This document shows positions 17,618-28,054 of a stretch of 64,000 nt of DNA, piece by piece. This DNA is from an uncultured bacterium (GTDB lineage: Bacteria; CAIWAD01), in contig CAIWAD010000040.1 in the NCBI GenBank assembly GCA_903910645.1, positions 14,768-78,767 on the forward strand, written 5' to 3'. The notes below the pieces were generated by a model that was given only the letters and a program-made list of their open reading frames with translations, had not been told where the DNA came from and ran no database searches. Made by a program: the position numbers and the translations under genes. The first letter of the stretch is position 1. Each line of letters begins with the position of its first letter.

Positions 17618-18967
17618 TCAGAATCCGCTTTCGCTGGTGAAGTGGAAGTCGCGAATCTTCATCCCCGGCAGGACGAATCCCCCACCGAAGAAGCCGCCAT
17701 GGAAAGCCTGGTCACGGGAGACGGCCTCGATGTTGGCGAAGGCCTTGAACAGGCTCTCGGTGAAGCGCATGTTGCGCACGGGGCGGGTGATGCGTCCGTT
17801 TTCAATGAGGAAAAGACCATCCCGCGTCATGCCCGTGAGCAGCATCTCGTTGGGGTCCTGGACATTGGTGTAGTGCAGGTGGGTCACAAAGAGGCCGCGC
17901 ACCGTGCCCGCCACCAGCTCTTCAACGGTGGAGTCACCGGGAGCCACCACCAGGTTACCCGGGAAGGGTCCGTGTGAATTGGGCCGTGGCAGGCCGTGTC
18001 CCGTGCTCTCCACACCGGCCTGACGCGCGGTGATGCGATCGTGCACGGGGCCCAGGAAGACACCCTTGTCCACCAGGGGCACGGTACGGCGGGACACGCC
18101 ATCGAAGTCGAAAGGCATGCCGTCGGCCAGGGGATGGGCCGCGTTGTCCGTGACGCTGAAATGGGGCGAGAAGAGGGTCTGACCCGCCTTGCCCGCCAGG
18201 GGGCTGGTGCCGGACAGGTAATCCTGGGCGCCCAGTCCCAACCAGTTGAGGAACATGATGAGGTCCGCCACGGCGGCGGGAGGCAGCACCACGGTCCAGG
18301 CGCCGGGTTCACCCTTGCCTGGGTTGGCCGCCGCCAGGGAGATGCGCCGCGCCTCCAGGCTAAGGGCCTCCACATCCAGGCCGGCGAAGCCCCGGGCCTC
18401 GCCCTCCGTCCAGCCGCTGGCGTCCTTGCCGTGGAAGGTGGTGGAGAAGCGCGCGCGGCTGCTCTGGTAGCGGCAGCGCAGGCCGGCGCTGTTGGCCAGG
18501 GCAAGCTGGGACCAGCTGTTGCTCAGGATGCCGGAAGCCGTCATCTCCCGCTCGCGGGCCAGATCGAAGGTGCGCCCCAGGAGGGCGGCCTTTTCCTCCG
18601 GGCCCCATTCCGCCGTGGCGGGATCCAGGCAGTCCTTCTCCGGCGTTGGGCAAGCAGCCTCCAGGGGCAGGAGATCCTTGGCTGGATCCTGGAAACTGGC
18701 CGTGCGACGGGCCGCCTCCACCAGGGCCTTCAAACCCTCCTCGTCCAGGCGGTTGGAGGTGGCGAAGCCTTCACGGCCATTCTCCACCACGCTTAAGTGC
18801 AGGGCGGCGTCCTGCTGACTCAGATTCTGCTGGATGCCGTTGTTGGCGAAACGCGAAAGGGATTCGGCGCTGGCGCTGAAGCGCAGCTCCGCCCGTTCCA
18901 CGCCCCGGCACAAATCCAGCGTGCGATCCAGGATGACATCCTGGGCTTCCTTCGTGTAGACACTCAT
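17618..18967 (-). CDS. pmbA: PmbA/TldE family protease partner
   Basis: MSVYTKEAQDVILDRTLDLCRGVERAELRFS...GFATSN; paired with tldD with a 1-nt gap. Confidence 0.8.
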   Translation of the reverse strand: MSVYTKEAQDVILDRTLDLCRGVERAELRFSASAESLSRFANNGIQQNLSQQDAALHLSVVENGREGFATSNRLDEEGLKALVEAARRTASFQDPAKDLLPLEAACPTPEKDCLDPATAEWGPEEKAALLGRTFDLAREREMTASGILSNSWSQLALANSAGLRCRYQSSRARFSTTFHGKDASGWTEGEARGFAGLDVEALSLEARRISLAAANPGKGEPGAWTVVLPPAAVADLIMFLNWLGLGAQDYLSGTSPLAGKAGQTLFSPHFSVTDNAAHPLADGMPFDFDGVSRRTVPLVDKGVFLGPVHDRITARQAGVESTGHGLPRPNSHGPFPGNLVVAPGDSTVEELVAGTVRGLFVTHLHYTNVQDPNEMLLTGMTRDGLFLIENGRITRPVRNMRFTESLFKAFANIEAVSRDQAFHGGFFGGGFVLPGMKIRDFHFTSESGF

Positions 18968-19068
18968 GGCGGCGCTCCTTGCTTGGCGCTCATGCATGGC
19001 CCCCCCGTGGTTGGGCCTTCTGTTGTCCCTTCAGTCCTTAAGCGGGTCTGGAATCTCAGCGTGCAATC

Positions 19069-20520
19069 CTACGGCTCCAGGCCCGACAACAAATCCCTCA
19101 GCACAGAGCCATGGCTATCCTGCGAGTCTGCAGGCAGAAGCTCCAATGCCTTCTGCCACAGGGCCCGTGCTTCCTCCACGCGGCCCTGTCGCTTGCGCAG
19201 GATGCCCAGGTGCAGAAGCACCTCCCAGTCCAGGGCACCGGCCATCAGGTCCCGGGCTCTTTCCAACTGGGTTTCAGCATCGGCCATGCGATTCAATTGC
19301 AGGTAGATCCACCCGATGGTGTCCCGATAGGCGGCGTTGTCCGGCTCCGCCTGCACGGCTTTTTCCGCCATGGCCAAGGCTTCGTTCAGCCCTTCGCCAA
19401 CCTGGGCCAGGGCATAGGCGTAGTTGTTCATGAAGTTGGGAGTGGCAGTATCGCCCAGTTCGCGTCGGCCCCGGTCATAAAGGGACAAAGCCTCCGTGTT
19501 GCGCCCCTGGCCCTGCAAAAGGGAGCACAGTTGCGTCCACACATCCTCATCCTCTGGTGTGGTGACCAACAGAACGCGCAAGCTGCTTTCCGCCTCGTCC
19601 AGCAATCCGGCATCTTCCTGGGCCAGGGCCATCAGGCTGATGATGCCCGGATCCTCCGGATCCAGGCGACGGGCCAGACGCAGTTCCTCCAATGCAAGCA
19701 AAGGCTCTTTGTCCTCCAGCGCCAGGCGGCCTGCCATGACGGGGTAGAAGGCCTCCAGGCTGTCCAGGCCACGGCCCACTTCCACGGCGCGGCGCAACGC
19801 CACCAAATCTTCGGACAGGGCGGCCATGCGCGCCCTAACCAGCCAGGCGGCGGCGTCCTGACTTGCCATGGGGCAGGTGGCAAGCCACCCATCGGCCTCC
19901 TTCAGGCGATCCTGACGCATGGAGAAAAGCAGGATCTGCTCCCACAACAGCCTGCTGCGCACACCCCAGCGCTCCCAGGAATCGGCGTTCTGGCGGAGAA
20001 GGTGGCGTAAAAGGGATTCCAGGGCCTGCACGCGCCCCAGGCTGTCCACCCGCACACCGGCCATGGGAGGATCCAGCAGGCGCTGCACGCGCAGGTGGAT
20101 GGAAACTGTGTCCGGCAAGGCCTGCAAGGCCATGTCCAGTTCGCCCAGACGCCCGCCAGTATAGAGGCGGTCCAACCACACCTGCACCTCGGGACGGGCG
20201 GGCTCCTTCACCATCAGCCAGCGGGCGGCTTTCTCCACCGCATCGTCGTCTCCTGCTTCCAGGCCCAGGCGGAACAGGGACTCCGCCGCCACGGCGGGGG
20301 CGTCCACTTCATCCAGTACTTTGCGGTAAAGGGCGCGGGCCACGCCCAGATCCCCCTGCATCTCCGACAGGCTGCCCTGCAGACAAAGGCGATCGGCCTG
20401 GGATGATGAGTTGGGCAGAAGCGTCGCGGCGGCGGAATGTGGACTTGTCCCGGCCAGCACCATGGCCAGCAGGATGAGGCGCAGCAGCAGGGGCGGCCTG
20501 ATCCGTTGGGCTGAAGCCAT
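19069..20520 (-). CDS. TPR-repeat protein, secreted or membrane-anchored
   Basis: Signal-like N-terminus and multiple TPR-like helical repeats; the ATG at 20518-20520 overlaps the rseP stop (ATGA). Confidence 0.6.
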   Translation of the reverse strand: MASAQRIRPPLLLRLILLAMVLAGTSPHSAAATLLPNSSSQADRLCLQGSLSEMQGDLGVARALYRKVLDEVDAPAVAAESLFRLGLEAGDDDAVEKAARWLMVKEPARPEVQVWLDRLYTGGRLGELDMALQALPDTVSIHLRVQRLLDPPMAGVRVDSLGRVQALESLLRHLLRQNADSWERWGVRSRLLWEQILLFSMRQDRLKEADGWLATCPMASQDAAAWLVRARMAALSEDLVALRRAVEVGRGLDSLEAFYPVMAGRLALEDKEPLLALEELRLARRLDPEDPGIISLMALAQEDAGLLDEAESSLRVLLVTTPEDEDVWTQLCSLLQGQGRNTEALSLYDRGRRELGDTATPNFMNNYAYALAQVGEGLNEALAMAEKAVQAEPDNAAYRDTIGWIYLQLNRMADAETQLERARDLMAGALDWEVLLHLGILRKRQGRVEEARALWQKALELLPADSQDSHGSVLRDLLSGLEP

Positions 20521-21635
20521 CACTTGCTTTCTTCCACAGGATCCACGGTGCCCTGGGCGCGCTGCACCAGGCGCATCACATCATTCTTCATCACCAGCAC
20601 CATCAAGAGCAGGAGAAGCACCATGCCCGCCTGCTGCACCCACAGTTTCACCCGGTTGGAGATGGGGCGGCGGATGGCGGCCTCGATGATGATGTAAACC
20701 AGGTGACCACCGTCCAGCACCGGAATGGGCAGGATGTTGAGGAAGCCGATGTTCACGGAGATGAAGGCAATGAAGCCCAGGAAGACCATCAGGCCTCCCC
20801 GCGCGGATTCGCCTGAGAGTTGGGCAATGAGAATGGGCCCGCCCAGATCCTTCAGCCCGGCCTGCCCCGTCACCAAGGCGGCGATGGTGGCGTAGGCCAT
20901 GCGCGACTCCTCCCAGGTCTTGCGCAGGCCAGCCCCAAGGGCGCCAAAGACTCCCACCTTCACGATCTCCACGCCGGGATCGATGCCGATGAGCCCTACC
21001 TGGCCCTGGCCGGGCACAGCCACGCGTTTGGGAGTCAGGCTAAGGTCCAGTGTGTCCGCCGGGGCGGATGCCGTCTGGCGCACCAGGGTAAGGGTGGTGG
21101 GAAGCTCCGGACGCTGGTGGATGGCTTCCGCCAGCTCCTCCCATGTGGCAATGGGAGCGCCCTGCACGGCAAGCACGCGATCCCCCGCCAGAAGTCCCGC
21201 CGCGGCCCCCGGCATGTCCGGCCTTAGGCCCGCCAGCACTGGCTCGCGGGAGGCCCTCCCCACGCCCCACACGCCGGCGATGACGGTGAAGAGCAGGATG
21301 GCCAGGATGCCGTTCATGAGCACGCCGGCGCTGATGACAAAGGCCTTCTGCCAGGCGTTCTTGCTCATGAACTCGTCCGCCGCGCCCGTGATGCTGGCGC
21401 CGTCGTCCAGGCTTTCGTCGATCATGCCCGCCATGCGCACATATCCGCCCAGGGGGAACCAGGCCACGCGGTATTCCGTGCCGCCGCTCTCGCGTTTCCA
21501 CATGGTGGGCCCGAAGCCGATGGAGAACACCTCCACGCGGATGCCGCAAAGGCGGGCCGCAATGAAGTGTCCCCATTCGTGCACGAGGATGATCACACCA
21601 ATGACGACGACGAAGGAAAGCAAGGTCAGCAGCAT
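20520..21635 (-). CDS. rseP: RIP metalloprotease RseP (site-2 protease)
   Basis: HEWGHFIAARL zinc motif, PDZ region, LDGGH motif. Confidence 0.85.
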   Translation of the reverse strand: MLLTLLSFVVVIGVIILVHEWGHFIAARLCGIRVEVFSIGFGPTMWKRESGGTEYRVAWFPLGGYVRMAGMIDESLDDGASITGAADEFMSKNAWQKAFVISAGVLMNGILAILLFTVIAGVWGVGRASREPVLAGLRPDMPGAAAGLLAGDRVLAVQGAPIATWEELAEAIHQRPELPTTLTLVRQTASAPADTLDLSLTPKRVAVPGQGQVGLIGIDPGVEIVKVGVFGALGAGLRKTWEESRMAYATIAALVTGQAGLKDLGGPILIAQLSGESARGGLMVFLGFIAFISVNIGFLNILPIPVLDGGHLVYIIIEAAIRRPISNRVKLWVQQAGMVLLLLLMVLVMKNDVMRLVQRAQGTVDPVEESK

Positions 21636-22804
21636 GGCGCGTCCTCATGGCCGCAGCGTTCGCGTGTGCGGCGTCGGGTTGAATGGTCCAGTTCGATGAG
21701 CTCGTGCAGCTCGTGGTGGCCGCCGGAGTAGGCGTTCAGGGCCTCCTCCACCACCACGGCGATGCGTCCGAAGGGCAGTCGGTCCTTCAGGAAAAGCTCC
21801 ACGGCCACCTCATTGGCGGCGTTGAGCACGCAGGGCCAGCCCTCGCCCCGGCGCAGGGCCTCCCGCGCCAGATCCAGGGCGCGGAAGACTTCCGTGTCCG
21901 GTTCCTCGAAATCCAAACGGCCCAGGCGGGCCCAATCAGGGGCTTCCATCTCCAGGCTCTCGTGGCGGGGCCAGCACAGGGCGTAGAGGATGGGAATGCG
22001 CATGTCCGGCAGGCCCAGTTGGGCCTTCACGCTCTTGTCCCGGAACTCCACCATGGAGTGGATGATGGACTGGGGATGCACCAGCACGCCGATGCGCTCC
22101 TCCGGCAGGTCGTAGAGCCAGGCGGCCTCGATGATCTCCAGCGCCTTGTTCATCATGGTGGCGCTGTCCACGGTGATTTTGTCTCCCATGGACCAGGTGG
22201 GATGGCGCAGGGCCTGCTCCTTGGTGGCCGCCAGGTAGCGCTCCCGGCTCCAGCCACGGAAAGGCCCTCCACTGGCCGTGAGCCAGATGCGCGCCACATC
22301 CTCCGGCGCTTCGCCCTGCAGACACTGCAGGATGGCGCTGTGCTCGCTGTCCACGGGGATGAACACGGCCTGACGGGCGCGCACTTCGCGCATGACGGCT
22401 TCGCCGGCCGTGACCAGCGGTTCCTTGTTGGCGAAGCAGATGCGCCGATGGGCCCGCAGCCCGGTCATGAGCGGCTCCAGGCCCGCGGTGCCCAACAAGG
22501 CGGAAAAGAGCGTGTCCACGCCTTCCCGGGCGGGCAGTTCCACCAGACTGTGGCGGCCGCACAACACCTCGATGCCCGTGCCCGACAGCTCGCGGCGCAG
22601 CTCGGCCTGGTGGGCCACATCCACATGCACAAAGTCGGGACGGTAAAGTCGGGCCTGCTCCGCCAGGCGCTCCCAGCGGCGGCCAGCGCTCAACCCCACC
22701 ACGCGGAAGCGCTCCGGATGCTGGCGAACCACATCCAGGGTGGATTCGCCAATGCTGCCGGTGGAACCCAGCAGCAGCACGCCCTCCCGCGACGATGCGC
22801 TCAT
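21626..22804 (-). CDS. dxr: 1-deoxy-D-xylulose 5-phosphate reductoisomerase
   Basis: LLLGSTGSIGESTLDVV...; full-length Dxr similarity. Confidence 0.9.
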   Translation of the reverse strand: MSASSREGVLLLGSTGSIGESTLDVVRQHPERFRVVGLSAGRRWERLAEQARLYRPDFVHVDVAHQAELRRELSGTGIEVLCGRHSLVELPAREGVDTLFSALLGTAGLEPLMTGLRAHRRICFANKEPLVTAGEAVMREVRARQAVFIPVDSEHSAILQCLQGEAPEDVARIWLTASGGPFRGWSRERYLAATKEQALRHPTWSMGDKITVDSATMMNKALEIIEAAWLYDLPEERIGVLVHPQSIIHSMVEFRDKSVKAQLGLPDMRIPILYALCWPRHESLEMEAPDWARLGRLDFEEPDTEVFRALDLAREALRRGEGWPCVLNAANEVAVELFLKDRLPFGRIAVVVEEALNAYSGGHHELHELIELDHSTRRRTRERCGHEDAPCC

Positions 22805-22859
22805 GCCTTCTCCCGCCTCACGCGTCTTGGCCTTTCCCTTGTAGCATCCGGCACGCGGC

Positions 22860-23648
22860 CTAAAAGAGATTCACCAACACACCCAGGGTGTAGGTGGGAT
22901 AATCCGTCAGCGCGTACTCGGCATTCAGCCGCAGGAGCGGGAAGGGCGTCAGATTCAGGCCCGCCGTCAGGCGCGTCACATCGGAATCCAGGGACACGCC
23001 CACATTTACCGGCGTCCCGGCGGCATCGTAAGTGTAGTCCAGATCCGTGGTGCCTTTCACCAGGCTAAGGCCGGCATAAGGCTCCAGGATGAGGAAGGAC
23101 TTGGACACAATGAGATCCACACCCGTGGTGGTGGTGGTGATGCTCTCGCCCACCTTCAACTGATTCCAGTCCCCCTGCAGGCCAATGCGCGGCATGATGA
23201 GGGGCACATGGAAGAGTTCATTCACTTCGAAACGCAGGCTGGCTCCCATGTGGTCCAGCTTGCCCACATCCTTGCTCAGTTCCAGGCTCATGTAACGGGC
23301 GCCCACCTGGAAGCCCTTGAACAGGCCCTTGTTCACCACCAGCATGGGCAGGCCCACGGCGCTGGCTTCGGTTTCTTTCAGCAAGGTCCCGGCAGGAATG
23401 TCCGCGGCGCCAAGTGGACTTAGCACCACCTTCAGTCCGGCGTCCAGCCCGGCGATGCCCTTGGAGCGCGCTCCATGGAAGGCCCCGGCGGAAGCCACCA
23501 CACTCAAGGCGTCGCCCAGGGGCTGGGCATAGGTCTTCACCTGGGCTTCGGCCTGTCCGGCCAGCAGATCATCGAAACTCTGGGCGGCGGCGCCCTGGCA
23601 CAGGGCCAGCATCAAGGCGCCACCCAGGGGCATGGTCCAAGGCTTCAT
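22860..23648 (-). CDS. Putative outer-membrane beta-barrel protein
   Basis: Signal peptide MKPWTMPLGGALMLALCQGAAAQ; C-terminal ...LGVLVNLF aromatic terminus; amphipathic strand pattern. Confidence 0.5.
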   Translation of the reverse strand: MKPWTMPLGGALMLALCQGAAAQSFDDLLAGQAEAQVKTYAQPLGDALSVVASAGAFHGARSKGIAGLDAGLKVVLSPLGAADIPAGTLLKETEASAVGLPMLVVNKGLFKGFQVGARYMSLELSKDVGKLDHMGASLRFEVNELFHVPLIMPRIGLQGDWNQLKVGESITTTTTGVDLIVSKSFLILEPYAGLSLVKGTTDLDYTYDAAGTPVNVGVSLDSDVTRLTAGLNLTPFPLLRLNAEYALTDYPTYTLGVLVNLF

Positions 23649-24610
23649 GCGATGTGTCCCTCCCTTGGGGCCGCCTCGGCGGCCGATTCAAAGCTTTCGC
23701 CCGCCTGCAGGCGCGCTCCCGCCAGCCAGGCCTGGGCCGTCATGCGCGGGCGCCCGGCGGGCACCAGCTCCAGGATTTCCAGTTCACCAGTTCCACAAGC
23801 CACCCACAGGCGTCCCTTCACCATGCGCAAGCGGCCCGCTTGGCCGGACTGGGGACTTTCCTCCACACGGGTCCGCAGCAATTGAAGGGTTTGGCCGCGA
23901 AACATGGCCAGGCTTCCCGGACTGGGCGACAATGCCCGCACGCGATTGTGCAGGTAAGACGCATCCAATTGAAAGTCCAGCAGGCGATCCTGGGGACCCA
24001 ACTTGGGAGCCAGAGGGAAGTCGCCCTCCGGCTGGGGATGACCCTGGGCCCGGCCATCCAGCACGGCCTGCACCGTGCTCGTCAACAAGGGAGCGCCCAG
24101 TTCCATCAAGCGGGCCCGCAGCTCGCCGGAAGTCTCATCCTGGGGCACGGCCACTTCCAGCTGATCCAGCACCAGGCCCGTGTCCACGCCGCGGTTGAGC
24201 AGGAAGGTGCTCAGCCCCGTGCGCTCCGCCCCGTCCATGAGGGCGCGCTCGATGGGCGCGGCCCCCCGATAGTGGGGCAGCAGGCTGCCATGGAGATTGA
24301 TGCTGCCCAGGCGGGGCAGCTCCAGCAGCGAGGCGGGCAGAATGCGGTAGGCCACCACGGCGAAAAGATCCGCCTCAAGCTCCGCCAATCGCTGGCGCAA
24401 GGCCGGATCCCGCAAGCGCTCCGGACGCTCCAGGGGCAGACCCTGCTCCAGTGCGAAGGAGGAAACGGCGGTGGGGCACAAGCGCCGACCGCGGCCGGCG
24501 GGCTGGTCGGGACGGGAAAGCACCAAGGCGATCTCGTGGCCCGCCGCCAGCAGGGCCTTCAGGGAAGGCAGCGCGAAGTCCGGGCTGCCCATGAAGACCA
24601 GGCGCCCCAT
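23645..24610 (-). CDS. fmt: Methionyl-tRNA formyltransferase
   Basis: MGRLVFMGSPDFALPSL...SINLHGSLLPHYRGAAPI; ATGA overlap with the upstream gene. Confidence 0.9.
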   Translation of the reverse strand: MGRLVFMGSPDFALPSLKALLAAGHEIALVLSRPDQPAGRGRRLCPTAVSSFALEQGLPLERPERLRDPALRQRLAELEADLFAVVAYRILPASLLELPRLGSINLHGSLLPHYRGAAPIERALMDGAERTGLSTFLLNRGVDTGLVLDQLEVAVPQDETSGELRARLMELGAPLLTSTVQAVLDGRAQGHPQPEGDFPLAPKLGPQDRLLDFQLDASYLHNRVRALSPSPGSLAMFRGQTLQLLRTRVEESPQSGQAGRLRMVKGRLWVACGTGELEILELVPAGRPRMTAQAWLAGARLQAGESFESAAEAAPREGHIA

Positions 24611-24612
24611 GG

Positions 24613-25140
24613 TCAGAGTCGGCCGCGCTGGGCCACCTGCTCCAGGCGGCGTTTCAGGGTGGCCTTGCGGGCGGGACTGATGCGGTCCGTGAAAAGCACG
24701 CCGTCCAGGTGGTCCATTTCGTGCAGGATGACGCGGGCCTCCAAATCCTCGAACCAGGCTTCCTGGGCAACACCGTCCAGATCCTGCCAGGCCAGGCGGA
24801 TGCGCGCCGGGCGCTCCACCTCCTCGCGGATTTCCGGGATGCTCAGGCAGCCCTCCTCCATCACGCAGCGGCCATCCTGCTCCAGGATGCGCGGATTGGC
24901 GAAGGCGTAGAGGGCCATGTCGTCGGAATCGTCCTCCGGAATGCCCACCACCAGGAAGCGCATGCTGAGGCCGATCTGCGGGGCCGCCAGGCCAATGCCC
25001 ACGGCGTCCGCCATGATGTCGTACATGCGGTCCGCCAGCGCCTTGAGGGGCGTGCCGAACTCGGTCACATCGGCGGCGCGCTTGCGCAGCACGGGATCCC
25101 CGATGATGCGGATCTCCAGATCCTGGTCCTCAGCGTGCAT
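24613..25140 (-). CDS. def: Peptide deformylase
   Basis: Motifs GIGLAAPQIG, EGCLSIP, HEMDHLDG; ATG verified at 25138-25140. Confidence 0.9.
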   Translation of the reverse strand: MHAEDQDLEIRIIGDPVLRKRAADVTEFGTPLKALADRMYDIMADAVGIGLAAPQIGLSMRFLVVGIPEDDSDDMALYAFANPRILEQDGRCVMEEGCLSIPEIREEVERPARIRLAWQDLDGVAQEAWFEDLEARVILHEMDHLDGVLFTDRISPARKATLKRRLEQVAQRGRL

Positions 25141-25156
25141 GGGGTCCTTTCCCGGC

Positions 25157-25447
25157 CTACTGGCCGTCACCGCTGCGGCTGGCAATGGCCGCGCGGCTGA
25201 TCTCCACCACCGTGTTCTCGGCGATCTTCACCAGCAGGGTGTCGTCGCGCACATCCTTCACCACGCCGTGCAAGCCGCCGCTGGTGATGACGCGATCCCC
25301 CTTCTTGACGGCATCCAGCATGGCCTGGTGCTCTTTCTGGCGTTTCTGCTGGGGGCGGATGATGAGGAAGTACATAACGGCGAACATCAAGCCGAATGTG
25401 ACCAGCATGCCACCCATGCCACCTTGTGCCTGCGCGAAAATCGGCAT
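25157..25447 (-). CDS. yajC: Preprotein translocase subunit YajC
   Basis: ...LMFAVMYFLIIRPQQKRQKEHQAMLDAVKKGDRVITSGGLHGVVKDV...; GGAG RBS for the ATG at 25447; alternative starts at 25459 and 25480. Confidence 0.8.
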   Translation of the reverse strand: MPIFAQAQGGMGGMLVTFGLMFAVMYFLIIRPQQKRQKEHQAMLDAVKKGDRVITSGGLHGVVKDVRDDTLLVKIAENTVVEISRAAIASRSGDGQ

Positions 25448-25538
25448 CTCGAACTCCATGTTGTTGGGGATTAACACCACCTGAAGGTAGCAAGCGGCAG
25501 GGGGAGTCGAAGCCCGGCGCGGCGGGAAGTGGGCCTTT

Positions 25539-26432
25539 TCAGCGTGAAATGGAAGGCGTCAGAAGCCAGACCAGGGCAGGACCCACCCGGCGGCGCCACG
25601 CGCTTTCGTGGTGGGAATCGCCGGGAAAGGCCAATGCCTGGCAATCCACTCCCCGCCGCCAGCCCAGGGAATCCAGGCGGGCGTTCACCCGAGCCTGCAG
25701 GGGCGGATAGGCGGCATCCAATGACTGGTCGCCGTGATCCATGTACAGGCGTTGTCCACTGGGGTGCGCGAAGCGCTGATCCAGCCACTTCTCCAGCCCC
25801 TGTTCTCCGGCCACCCAGTGGGTGCTGAGCGCGGCGGCACCTTTGAAGTGCCGGGGATGGCATAGGGCCCCCTCCAGCGCAATCAGCCCGCCAAAGCTGG
25901 AACCCACCAGAAAACTGCGCTCCGGCGCGGGAATCTGATGCAGTTGACGGGCCACGGCTGGCACCAGGCTTCCCGCCAACCAAGTCAGATAGAGCGTGGA
26001 CAAAGGCGCTCCGCCGTATGCATTGCGGAAAGCCTGCTGGGCGGCCGGAGGCAGTGCGTCGTAAAGTCCCTGGGGCATGTACTCCCGGCGGCGCTGGGGG
26101 CTGTTGCCAATGGCCACCACAATGGCTGGGCCCGGGTGCAGGCTGTCCACGGGCGCGGCCAGCAGCTCATCCAGGCCCCAGTCCACGCCACTGTAACTGC
26201 GCGCGGGGTCGAAGAGGTTCTGGCCATCCTGGGCGAACAAAATGGGCAGGCTCAGGGTGCTGTCCGCCAGATAGGCCGGAGGCAGCCACAGTTCCACCGG
26301 ACGGGGCTCCAGGCCTGGCGGCCATTTCAGTTCAAGGGAAAGGAGGCGCCCACAGGAGGGATCGGCAATGGCCACATGAACCAAGAGCAGGGCGCCCCAT
26401 AGCACAAGGGCCCCGCGCCCCGACTCAGGCAT
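25539..26432 (-). CDS. Secreted putative esterase (alpha/beta hydrolase, CE1/enterochelin-esterase-like)
   Basis: Signal peptide; GSSFGG nucleophile motif; 'putative esterase' family pattern; ATG 26430-26432. Confidence 0.6.
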   Translation of the reverse strand: MPESGRGALVLWGALLLVHVAIADPSCGRLLSLELKWPPGLEPRPVELWLPPAYLADSTLSLPILFAQDGQNLFDPARSYSGVDWGLDELLAAPVDSLHPGPAIVVAIGNSPQRRREYMPQGLYDALPPAAQQAFRNAYGGAPLSTLYLTWLAGSLVPAVARQLHQIPAPERSFLVGSSFGGLIALEGALCHPRHFKGAAALSTHWVAGEQGLEKWLDQRFAHPSGQRLYMDHGDQSLDAAYPPLQARVNARLDSLGWRRGVDCQALAFPGDSHHESAWRRRVGPALVWLLTPSISR

Positions 26433-26637
26433 GGGGGGAGGGGTCCGCGGCTGTTTCGTCCACATTGCCCACGAAGTCCAGCATGCCTTCCCGCCAGGGA
26501 TATTCCGCCTGGCAAGGCTGGCAGCGCGCCCCCGCCGGATTCCAGTCCAGCCTGCCCTGGCAGCGCGGGCAAATGAACAGCTCCCGCAGACTTTCCGGCA
26601 TGCCCTGGGGAAGGCTGGTGGACGGGCCTTGGCTCAT
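26425..26637 (-). CDS. Trm112-like small zinc-finger protein (DUF343 family)
   Basis: MPESLRELFICPRCQGRLDW...CQPCQAEYPWREGMLDF two CxxC pairs; ATGA overlap with the upstream stop; the true start could be the internal ATG at 26601. Confidence 0.55.
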   Translation of the reverse strand: MSQGPSTSLPQGMPESLRELFICPRCQGRLDWNPAGARCQPCQAEYPWREGMLDFVGNVDETAADPSPHA

Positions 26638-27104
26638 GAGGGACTCTCCTCCGGGGCGAGGCGCCCTTGCAAGAGCGGGCGCAGGGAATTGGGCATGCGG
26701 ATGGCGCGATTGCGTCCGGGGCCTTTCTCCATGAAGCAGTGGCGCGTGTGGCCCGTGTAGCACAGGGCCTGGCCCACCCAGGCCTCATAGGCGATGAGGA
26801 ACTGGATGTCCGATGGCCCTCCGCCTTTCATCACCGGGCGGAAGCCGGCCTTGAGCCGCAGTTCGTCGTCGTAGGTGGCAGCCAAGTGGTAATCCACATG
26901 AAGGGACAGAACTGGCAGCCACAAGCCCTGCTCCTCCAGATCGCGGTAGCAGTGGCCACTCAGGCGAAGCAATTCCGTGCGAGCCTGATCGAACCACACG
27001 GCGGCATGGCCGTGGTAGGCGAAGCGCATCTGGTCCGTCTCACCGTAGCGCACGCGCAGGCGGCAGACTTCGCGCAGGGCGGCGGGCCCGGCATCAGGCA
27101 TCAT
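26634..27104 (-). CDS. Acyl-CoA thioesterase (4HBT / YbgC-like hot-dog fold)
   Basis: [29 protein letters not shown]... typical YbgC/4HBT N-terminus. Confidence 0.7.
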   Translation of the reverse strand: MMPDAGPAALREVCRLRVRYGETDQMRFAYHGHAAVWFDQARTELLRLSGHCYRDLEEQGLWLPVLSLHVDYHLAATYDDELRLKAGFRPVMKGGGPSDIQFLIAYEAWVGQALCYTGHTRHCFMEKGPGRNRAIRMPNSLRPLLQGRLAPEESPS

Positions 27105-28044
27105 AAATGCCCATGGCCTCGAACTTGGCCACGCGGCGGGCGATGCGTTCCTCCACGCCCAGGGCCTCCAACTCGTCCAAATGGCGCACCACGGCCTCTT
27201 TCAGGCTCATGGCGGCGGCGTCATGGTCCCGATGGGCACCGCCCAGCGGTTCGGACACCAGCTCATCCACCACGCCCATCTTCAGCAGGTTTCCGCCGGT
27301 GAGGCGCATGGCCTCGGCGGCATCCTGGGCGCGGCCGGCATCCCGGAAGAGGATGGACGCGCAGCCCTCCGGACTGATCACAGAATAGATGGCGTGCTCC
27401 AGCATGAGAATGCGATCCCCCACCGCCAGCGCCAAGGCGCCGCCGCTTCCCCCTTCCCCGATGACCACGGTCACCACCGGCACGCGCAGGCGGGCCATTT
27501 CAAAGAGGTTGCGGGCAATGGCCTCCGCCTGGCCGCGGGCTTCGGCACCCAGGCCGGGATAAGCGCCCGGCGTGTCCACCAGCGTGATGATGGGCCGACC
27601 GAAGCGCTCGGCGGTCTTCATGACGCGCAGGGCCTTGCGGTAGCCTTCCGGTTGGGGCATGCCGAAGTTGCGGTAGATGTTGCTGCGCGTGTCCCGGCCC
27701 TTCTGGTGCCCGATCAGGGCCACGCTGCGCCCGCCCAGCCGCCCGAAGCCCGCCACGATGGCGTGGTCGTCGGAGAAGGCGCGGTCGCCGTGGAGCTCGG
27801 TGAAGTCCGGGCTGATGCGCTGGAGATAATCCATGGTGAAGGGCCGCTGGGGATGCCGCGCCACCTGCACGGTCTGCCAGCAGCTCATGGAGCTGTAGGT
27901 CTCCTCCTTCAGGCGGGCCAGCTTGGCCTCCAGGCTGGCGATCTCCTGGCGCATGTCCACACGGGCGTTGGCCCGCATCTCCTCCAGCTGACGCTCCAGC
28001 GCCGCCACCGGCGCTTCAAAATCCATGGGGCTTGTTTGTGCCAT
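27094..28044 (-). CDS. accA: Acetyl-CoA carboxylase carboxyltransferase subunit alpha
   Basis: ...[13 protein letters not shown]...[26 protein letters not shown]...[12 protein letters not shown]; ATG 28042-28044 with AAGGA RBS; the longer ORF-track start is rejected. Confidence 0.9.
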   Translation of the reverse strand: MAQTSPMDFEAPVAALERQLEEMRANARVDMRQEIASLEAKLARLKEETYSSMSCWQTVQVARHPQRPFTMDYLQRISPDFTELHGDRAFSDDHAIVAGFGRLGGRSVALIGHQKGRDTRSNIYRNFGMPQPEGYRKALRVMKTAERFGRPIITLVDTPGAYPGLGAEARGQAEAIARNLFEMARLRVPVVTVVIGEGGSGGALALAVGDRILMLEHAIYSVISPEGCASILFRDAGRAQDAAEAMRLTGGNLLKMGVVDELVSEPLGGAHRDHDAAAMSLKEAVVRHLDELEALGVEERIARRVAKFEAMGIYDA

Positions 28045-28054
28045 GTCCCGTCCT